Source: Candidatus Micrarchaeota archaeon
Lineage (GTDB): Archaea; Micrarchaeota; Micrarchaeia; Norongarragalinales; SBBD01
Direction: 5' to 3'
Assembly (NCBI GenBank): GCA_018819225.1
Contig: JAHJQN010000003.1
Location: forward strand, 96,001-160,000
DNA: 64,000 nucleotides
Both the position numbers and the translations under genes were made by a program. Below, piece by piece: positions 56,351 to 64,000 of this stretch (its first letter is position 1; every line of letters begins with the position of its first letter). The notes below the pieces were generated by a model that was not told where the DNA came from, ran no database searches, and saw only the letters and a list, made by a program, of their open reading frames with translations.

Positions 56351-56580
56351 CGCTTGCGTTTCTTCTCCAGATTCTCCTTCAGGTGAAACGCCATTTTCTT
56401 GAATGCGATCATGAACAAGAGACTGATGCCGGCCACAAAATAATTGAACATGCTCCACACGTAACCGAATCCGGCTTGCTGGAAGAAATAGCCTTTCACC
56501 AGAAAATAGAACGCGTTTGCGAGAAATAATGCCGCAACCATATACAACGCCAACACTTTCGGATTAAACAAATTAGGCAA
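56347..56580 (-). CDS. Small 2-TM membrane protein
   Basis: GGTGA SD, two hydrophobic helices, basic tail. Confidence 0.65.
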   Translation of the reverse strand: MPNLFNPKVLALYMVAALFLANAFYFLVKGYFFQQAGFGYVWSMFNYFVAGISLLFMIAFKKMAFHLKENLEKKRKR

Positions 56581-56683
56581 GGGACATCACCTGACATCCA
56601 GCAAGGTATCCGCCCTTAAATAGCTTTTCAAACGCCTGAAAAGGAAGAAACGTATTTAAACGCAGATCGAAGTAATAGCAGCC

Positions 56684-57997
<1,314 letters not shown>

Positions 57998-58855
57998 TTA
58001 ACACGTCACGAGGAAGTCGAACAAGTTGTTGAGCGCGGTCTGCGAACGGATTTCTTCAGGCGGGAACGCCGTGTAAACCACCCAGCCCGCGTACTTGCGC
58101 GCGACAACGGCAGGACAAGGGCGTTCGAACGTGCAACTCTTCGTTCCGTACAAGGAATAAACGATCGTGGCCTCGGACACATCCGTGTTGACGATCGCTA
58201 CCTGTTTCGCGTCAATGGAAAACGAGGCATTCAAGCCTTGGGCCATCAAGGAATTGCGATCGCTGACTAATAATCGGACATCCGTGCCGTTTTCAATGCC
58301 TTGATAACTGACTTTAAGTAAACTCGACAGATCGCCGAAACCCTTGGTCGTGTTGATCTCTTTAACGAACCATTCGTAGTATCCCGGATCGCTTTCGTTA
58401 CGGTTTCGAGCATCCAACAAGTCCATGGGAGAAAGATAGTGCCGCGTGCCGGCGTCCGCCACCCAAATCACGCTGCCCCCGCGATCCAAGTACTGCATAA
58501 TCGCGTTCATTTGGTTTGGAGTAATGTCTTGCATGCGCTCGAATACCACGAGCTCGTAATTTTCAAGTATGGATGCGCTTAAAGCCGAATCCGGATAGGG
58601 TTCTAATAGGGTGTGTTGGCGCAAATTAGAGGTCAAGTTGAATAAAGCGGAAGGGTCGCCCGTACCGTTCGCACCGGATACGATCGCGACGCGGGAATTA
58701 CCCATGATGCCGCAGTACACGTTGCACCAGTCCCCCGGAACCTGCGAGCAATGAACCCACTTGAACTTCGTGACCACGACCAGCAATATGAGCAAGAGAA
58801 TTCCCAACACGAGAACGTGCGGAATCTCCTTCTTGAAATCATCCTCAAGACTCAT
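57998..58855 (-). CDS. Hypothetical membrane-anchored protein (possibly GATase-like alpha/beta domain)
   Basis: N-terminal TM, Cys cluster HC..VP..WC..YC, YELVVF and YL..GG.VIW segments. Confidence 0.65.
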   Translation of the reverse strand: MSLEDDFKKEIPHVLVLGILLLILLVVVTKFKWVHCSQVPGDWCNVYCGIMGNSRVAIVSGANGTGDPSALFNLTSNLRQHTLLEPYPDSALSASILENYELVVFERMQDITPNQMNAIMQYLDRGGSVIWVADAGTRHYLSPMDLLDARNRNESDPGYYEWFVKEINTTKGFGDLSSLLKVSYQGIENGTDVRLLVSDRNSLMAQGLNASFSIDAKQVAIVNTDVSEATIVYSLYGTKSCTFERPCPAVVARKYAGWVVYTAFPPEEIRSQTALNNLFDFLVTC

Positions 58856-58930
58856 ATCAGTAATCAGAGGGATTAGGAGGGCGAACGGTATTTAAACGTT
58901 GGTTCCCTGAATGCCTCCAGTGAACCCATC

Positions 58931-59086
58931 ATGGCCGATCACCGCGTTGCCACACCCAGCAGCTCAACGGGAATCATTCGATTCTATGACGTCAAGAGCT
59001 CGAACGTTCAGATCGATCCACGCATCGTCATCGGTTTCGTAGCCGCGTTCATTGTCCTGGAACTCGCCATCCAAGTCGTTTTCTAA
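58931..59086 (+). CDS. secG: Preprotein translocase Sec61-beta (archaeal SecG)
   Basis: Below the ORF-track cutoff; translates as MADHRVATPSSSTGIIRFYDVKSSNVQIDPRIVIGFVAAFIVLELAIQVVF. Confidence 0.88.
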   Translation: MADHRVATPSSSTGIIRFYDVKSSNVQIDPRIVIGFVAAFIVLELAIQVVF

Positions 59087-59101
59087 CCGTGCAAACAATC
59101 T

Positions 59102-59422
59102 ATGGCTCGTCTCTTGAAAGGATTGGCCGCTAGCCTCGGCATAGCGCACGGTAAAGTTAAGATCATTGAATCCGCCGAAGACCACTTCAAGTTCCGGGAA
59201 GGGGACGTGCTCGTGACACGCATCACGGACCCGACCATGACCGTCCTCATGAACCGCGCAAGCGCTATTGTCTGCGATATCGGAGGATTGACCTCGCATC
59301 CGGCCATCGTGAGCCGGGAAATGGGGATTCCGTGCGTCGTGGCGACGAAAGAAGCCACGAAGAAATTGAAGGATGGAATGGAAGTAACCGTAAATGGAAC
59401 CACTGGCGAAGTGCATGGATGA
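59102..59422 (+). CDS. Stand-alone PEP-utilizer mobile (phospho-His swivel) domain, copy 4
   Basis: 106 aa; GDVLVT..TDP, GGLTSHPAIVSREMGIPCVV. Confidence 0.88.
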   Translation: MARLLKGLAASLGIAHGKVKIIESAEDHFKFREGDVLVTRITDPTMTVLMNRASAIVCDIGGLTSHPAIVSREMGIPCVVATKEATKKLKDGMEVTVNGTTGEVHG

Positions 59423-60497
59423 ACTGCCTTGGATGGAAGAGTGGCTGGACTCGTTGGCTATTGGCATGGCGAACATGGACGAAGGCACGTGGGCCCCCTT
59501 CGATTGCTTTCAATTCTTTCCGTACGGCTCGGATTTGTGGCTCGAGAAATTGGGGCATGCGGAACGGCGATTGCAGGAGAAAGGCGTTTCGTATGAAGAC
59601 CTGGCGGACTTATTCCTAGGACCGTTAATGTTGCGAACGGAAATGCAGTTCGCGTTCTTCGACGTGAAAGCATCCGGTATCGAACGATCAAAGGGATTAG
59701 GCGTACTGGACTTTCTGCACAATATACTGAAAGCGAAGTGCGTAAAAGACGTGCCCGGATTTTATTCCTCGTGGGTGCACACCGAAAAGGAAATCCAAAC
59801 GATCGTGAAGCACACGCCTTGGAAAAAAGGATCGGCGGATATCGGGAGAGAAATCGGCAAGCTCATGAACTCATGCGCATCGCTCTCGTGGTCGTCGCAT
59901 TCGGATTACCATTACACTAATTTTTACGAGAACCACGGCCCGTACCCCATTGGAGAACACGTGCTGCTGGTGCGTCAGTTCCCGAACCTGAAACCCGTGG
60001 AGTTGTGGAAAGAAGCGGAGGGGTATGCGTACGATCGCATAACGATTTACACCATGTATCGAAAACAAGTTGAAATTCATTTGGATTGGGTGAATCATTT
60101 AACCGCAAAGCAATCGCTGCCTGAAAACCTGGCGAAATACGCTGTAAACATCAATGGGAAATGGAGCGATGTTAAACACACGCGGAAAGCGCGCGAAACC
60201 ATTGCGGAGACCGCGGCGGAACAGTTCGAACGCTTTTCGAACCTCCCATTTGAGGACGTGAAGCAGAAGATGCTGGAGATGAGAGGATATAATTTCAAAG
60301 AACTATTTGAAAAAGCGGGAATGGACTGGAAGCCCTCGCAAGAAATGCGCGAACGCGTGCGCGGAAAAGAGCTGTTACCGAAATACATGCCGGTATTGAA
60401 GAACGCGGAGGAAGGAAGGAAGTGGTGGAGACGGTTTTACGATTTGAATGACGCGTTCTTTCCGAGGCAGTTGAAAACCATCCGGTATAAACATTAA
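59415..60497 (+). CDS. Hypothetical 360-aa protein overlapping the stand-alone swivel-domain gene
   Basis: ATG 59415 overlaps the upstream stop; ENHGPY and R.FPNLKP.ELW segments; no family recognised. Confidence 0.8.
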   Translation: MDELPWMEEWLDSLAIGMANMDEGTWAPFDCFQFFPYGSDLWLEKLGHAERRLQEKGVSYEDLADLFLGPLMLRTEMQFAFFDVKASGIERSKGLGVLDFLHNILKAKCVKDVPGFYSSWVHTEKEIQTIVKHTPWKKGSADIGREIGKLMNSCASLSWSSHSDYHYTNFYENHGPYPIGEHVLLVRQFPNLKPVELWKEAEGYAYDRITIYTMYRKQVEIHLDWVNHLTAKQSLPENLAKYAVNINGKWSDVKHTRKARETIAETAAEQFERFSNLPFEDVKQKMLEMRGYNFKELFEKAGMDWKPSQEMRERVRGKELLPKYMPVLKNAEEGRKWWRRFYDLNDAFFPRQLKTIRYKH

Positions 60498-60524
60498 TAA
60501 AATTTGGAATCCATACGGGCGATT

Positions 60525-61271
60525 ATGGCAAAATTCTTGTTCGTGAAGGGAGTTCATCCTTCCGAAACGCACGCAATCGAGGCCGCCAAACGCGTGGCCA
60601 TTGAATTACGAAAACGGGGGCATAGCGTGCGCGAAATCCGCGTTCCGTACGCATTAACCAATCGGGGATTATTCGAAGGAAAACTGCTTCCGTTGGTCGC
60701 ACGATTCGTTATAGCCAGAAAAAAGTTAGGACAGGCAATGAATCCGGGAAATGTAAAGGATGCATTAAGCATGCCTGCAGAAAAATGGGTGATTGCCGCC
60801 TCACGGCTCATGCCCAGACGCTTGGTTGTGGAATGGCACAATTCGAATTACGCAACATTATCTCCCATTGAATGGTGGGGAAACATGGTGCGCATCGACC
60901 CGCATCGAGAATACTATAACGTGCCGGTACGCGGAGTCGTCGTAGAAACCCAGGCGCGCTACCGCCCCCGAAAAAAATGGCTGAGAGAAAAACTGGCGAA
61001 ACGCTTGAGAAAATACGGAGATTTGTTTCTGAGATCGGAAAGCGGAAGGGACGAATTGCAGCATCACGCCGACATCCATCGGATGTCGAATTACGTTCTG
61101 CGCGAAGCGGATCCGGAACGAACATGGCGAATGCTTCCAAAACGCTATGTGGAGACGATTGCGGACGAACTCGAGCGAGCCGAACGCATGGTGGGAAGAA
61201 CCAATGAAGGGTATAAAGTCAAACGGTTCCCCCGGCCGGATTTCGAATCCGCCACGAAGCCGATGCGTTAA
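60525..61271 (+). CDS. Hypothetical basic protein; weak M14 peptidase/deacylase-like motif
   Basis: GVHPSE (HxxE) and a later EWH; highly Arg-rich. Confidence 0.55.
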   Translation: MAKFLFVKGVHPSETHAIEAAKRVAIELRKRGHSVREIRVPYALTNRGLFEGKLLPLVARFVIARKKLGQAMNPGNVKDALSMPAEKWVIAASRLMPRRLVVEWHNSNYATLSPIEWWGNMVRIDPHREYYNVPVRGVVVETQARYRPRKKWLREKLAKRLRKYGDLFLRSESGRDELQHHADIHRMSNYVLREADPERTWRMLPKRYVETIADELERAERMVGRTNEGYKVKRFPRPDFESATKPMR

Positions 61272-61307
61272 TAATTCCTTGACGCCTATTCCGTGAGGGT
61301 GATGCGA

Positions 61308-61628
61308 ATGGCTCTCGTGAACGCTGATGATTCCAGTTTCGAAAAAGAAGTTCTGCAAAGCAAGGAAGTCGCCATCGTCGATTTTTACGCGGACTGGTGC
61401 GGGCCGTGCCAAATGATGGCACCGAAATTCGAACAACTCGCGCATGAAATGCAGGGGAAAGCCAAGTTCGTGAAATTGAATACGGATACGTCACCAAAAA
61501 CCGCGCAAGCGTACGGCGTCATGAGCATTCCCACGCTCATTGTATTCAAAGGAGGGAAAGTGGTGGACCAAACCACGGGCGCGATACCCAGAGACAATAT
61601 CCAACAACTCGTTGAACGCCACCTGTAA
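61308..61628 (+). CDS. trxA: Thioredoxin
   Basis: VDFYADWCGPC, SIPTL.VFKGG; GGTGA SD. Confidence 0.96.
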   Translation: MALVNADDSSFEKEVLQSKEVAIVDFYADWCGPCQMMAPKFEQLAHEMQGKAKFVKLNTDTSPKTAQAYGVMSIPTLIVFKGGKVVDQTTGAIPRDNIQQLVERHL

Positions 61629-62291
61629 TCAAAGCATGCGGCGCAAGCGCTCGCGCGAATCCGTTAATACGACGCGACCGTTCGAGGAAGCGCGACCGTG
61701 ACCCGGCAAAATCCATTCCACATCCAGTTGCATCAAGCGCTCGAAAGAATCCAGTAGAGTCGGCAAGTCACCGGAAGGCAAATCGTACCGGGGAACGCTT
61801 CCTTCCGTAAATACGGTGTCTCCTGAGAGCAAGGCTTTGCGAGACGGTTCGTACAAACAAATCGCGCCCACGCAATGACCGGGCGTGTAAATCACTTGAA
61901 ACGTCAAAGAGCCCAGCTCTAAACGATCCCCATCCTTGAGCTCGCGGTCAATGGAATGGCGGGGGAGATCCAAATGAAACATGCTGGCGACTGAAATCTC
62001 GGTATCGCGTTGTTTTATTACCGCAGCGGCCTTCTCATGCATGGCCACGGGAACGTGCGGAAAATAATCATTTCCCGCAATGTGATCAATGTGCGGATGC
62101 GTATTCACGACGTAATCCAGTCGCGGAAAACCGGAAATACTGGCAAACGGATTTCCGTTCAACGTGCTGCACGTATCCACCAACAACGCGCCCTTCGAAC
62201 CCTTAATCAAGTAAGCGTTGGGATCCGGAGGCTTCTCGGCAGTGACCAAGAACCCCGGAATGACTTCATGAGGCCGAAGGAAATGCGTCAT
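61629..62291 (-). CDS. Metallo-beta-lactamase-fold hydrolase (glyoxalase II-like)
   Basis: THPHIDH, TPGH, SGD, PGHG. Confidence 0.9.
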   Translation of the reverse strand: MTHFLRPHEVIPGFLVTAEKPPDPNAYLIKGSKGALLVDTCSTLNGNPFASISGFPRLDYVVNTHPHIDHIAGNDYFPHVPVAMHEKAAAVIKQRDTEISVASMFHLDLPRHSIDRELKDGDRLELGSLTFQVIYTPGHCVGAICLYEPSRKALLSGDTVFTEGSVPRYDLPSGDLPTLLDSFERLMQLDVEWILPGHGRASSNGRVVLTDSRERLRRML

Positions 62292-63407
62292 TCATTTCCT
62301 GCCCCGGAACTCCATGGCTTTTCGAACGCGTTCGTGAGCTAACTGCATGGCCGCATCACGCGCCGGAATCTTCTGTTCTTTGGCACGCTTGAGTACCTCC
62401 CGCGTGTTCGCTACGATCTTCTTTTCCACGATCTCGAACATTTGTTCAGGAGAACCGCCAATGGTTTCCACGTACGAGCTGATTACCCCGCCCGCGTTCG
62501 CCACGATATCCGGAATCACGATCATGCCCTTCTTTTCAAGTTCCACTTCAATTTTAGGATCCACGGGAAGATTGCCGCCTTGCGACATGATCTTGCACTT
62601 GACTTGATCTTTGTTGCCGTCGTGGATCACGTCCGGGCGAGCCCCTGGAATCAACACGTCCACGTCCAAACCGAACAGTTCTTCCGACATGAGCACTTGA
62701 CCCGAACCATAATTCTTGACCGCACCGGTTTCCGTCTTGACGCGCTCCAGTTTCGGAATGTCTAAACCGTTCGGGTCGTAAATCGTTCCCTTGGAATCGG
62801 ATACTGCAACGATTTTACAGCCTTTCTCGCTCAAAAACCGAGCGCAGAACACGCCGACGTTCCCGAAACCTTCAATGGCTACCGTGGCGCCATCGGGCTT
62901 CATGCCCGCGAACTCCATGGCCACGAAAATGCTTTGGGCTACTCCGAATCCGGTGCTGCCTAACTCGTGCGGCAACCCGTTCAAGTAAATGGGCTTGCCC
63001 GTCGAACCCCCCATGAAACCGATTTCGTCCGCGAAAGCGGCCATCTCTTTCTCCGTGGTATTCATGTCCGGGCCTGCAATGTACACGTCGGGAACTAAAT
63101 GCCGGATTTTTTTAGCGAACGCACGCATCCACTTCACCTTATCCACTTTTTTCGGATCTCCTCTAATTCCGGCTTTCGCTCCGCCAAAAGGAATGTCTGC
63201 AATCGCGTTTTTCCACGTCTGCGCCCGCGCCAAGCGGTACACTTCTTCCACGGTGACGTCGGGAACAAAACGAATGCCTCCCTTACCGGGACCGCGCGCC
63301 GTATTGTAAACGCAAAGAGTGCCTTCCATACCCGTCTGCGGGTCGTACACGTTGTAAATGCGTTCCGGGCCCCACTCATCTTTCTGGATTTCCTTGGACG
63401 TCATCAT
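62292..63407 (-). CDS. Glu/Leu/Phe/Val dehydrogenase (glutamate dehydrogenase-like)
   Basis: GPGKGGIR, TWKNA, PFGGAK, GPDMNT, GFGNVG, PD.VANAGGV. Confidence 0.92.
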   Translation of the reverse strand: MMTSKEIQKDEWGPERIYNVYDPQTGMEGTLCVYNTARGPGKGGIRFVPDVTVEEVYRLARAQTWKNAIADIPFGGAKAGIRGDPKKVDKVKWMRAFAKKIRHLVPDVYIAGPDMNTTEKEMAAFADEIGFMGGSTGKPIYLNGLPHELGSTGFGVAQSIFVAMEFAGMKPDGATVAIEGFGNVGVFCARFLSEKGCKIVAVSDSKGTIYDPNGLDIPKLERVKTETGAVKNYGSGQVLMSEELFGLDVDVLIPGARPDVIHDGNKDQVKCKIMSQGGNLPVDPKIEVELEKKGMIVIPDIVANAGGVISSYVETIGGSPEQMFEIVEKKIVANTREVLKRAKEQKIPARDAAMQLAHERVRKAMEFRGRK

Positions 63408-63489
63408 GGTCTGAACACCTCAAATGCGTTTCCGAACAGATTGGAATAGCAAGGAACAATGTCTTTAAAAAACGTTATCGGCTTCGGCG

Positions 63490-64000
63490 TTAGACGAATT
63501 TTCTGCAGATGCGTTGAACGACTTCACGATGTTCAGGAAGAGCAGCAACCAACAAACCCGTTTCCTTCAACTGAGGAAATATCGCTTTTGCAATAAACGA
63601 CGCCTGCTGCAACGGAACCAGCTTACCATCATTGAGAAGCACGGGCAAATCACTGCCACCCAACGTCTGCGAAGAAGCACAGACTACAAATGCGGACGAA
63701 TCGATATGCTGTGCGAGCTCGTTCTCGAGTTTATCGGAAGAACGCGCGTCGAAATCGCTGGCAACGAAAGCGGTTTTGAATAAACGACGATCCAGAATGC
63801 GTTGCACCAACGGAAGATCACGCAATTCAAGCAAGAGCTCGTGATCCAAGCCATTCTGAATGTCGCCGATCGAGATTCGGCTTTCCTCGAGCGCGTTTTC
63901 CAAGGCGTTCTCCATCATCTTGGAAGCGATGCGGTTCGCGTGATGATGGTAAACGGCGCGAAACATGAGGTAACGGGAGACGAGAAGACTTTCAGCAGAC
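63490..64000 (-). CDS. HD-domain phosphohydrolase, C-terminal part (5' end outside the window)
   Basis: Frame stays open to the edge: AESLLVSRYLMFRAVYHHH..RIA..M, D.EL, RRLFK. Confidence 0.78.
   Translation of the reverse strand, partial: SAESLLVSRYLMFRAVYHHHANRIASKMMENALENALEESRISIGDIQNGLDHELLLELRDLPLVQRILDRRLFKTAFVASDFDARSSDKLENELAQHIDSSAFVVCASSQTLGGSDLPVLLNDGKLVPLQQASFIAKAIFPQLKETGLLVAALPEHREVVQRICRKFV

Overview
64 kb of gene-dense chromosome from an archaeon, most plausibly DPANN (Micrarchaeota-like). The archaeal call rests on AglB, Sec61-beta, deoxyhypusine synthase, aSelBL, GGTGA-type SD motifs, TATA-type promoters and a BHB tRNA intron; the DPANN call is inference. The left ~26 kb is a surface-glycosylation region: AglB (truncated at the edge), flippase, GT2/GT4s, several GT-C transferases, two ArnD-like deacylases, an AAC(3)-family acyltransferase, WecB, a B12 radical SAM enzyme and methyltransferases. 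Embedded in it are a thiolase plus DUF35::3-hydroxyacyl-CoA dehydrogenase fusion and a TreT/OtsA/OtsB trehalose cluster. The remainder holds housekeeping genes (secretion/pilus ATPase, Rad50, DHS, PMM, rhomboid, GAPDH, Prx, Trx, GDH), a RelE-type TA pair, three paralogous GT-Cs and two tRNAs. I saw no CRISPR array, rRNA, integrase or transposase. Best leads: (1) an unidentified ~325-nt minus-strand structured RNA carrying an SD-led 13-codon ORF next to tRNA-Glu; (2) four phospho-His swivel-domain proteins with no ATP-grasp or PEP-binding partner in the window; (3) the thiolase/DUF35-dehydrogenase module linked to glycan deacylases and an acyltransferase; (4) a membrane-anchored ArsR-type regulator with a recurring TTAAGCA-N2-TGCTTAA-like operator, close to a rhomboid gene; (5) T-loop-associated insertions at both tRNAs. 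All family calls come from motif recognition; no database search was run.
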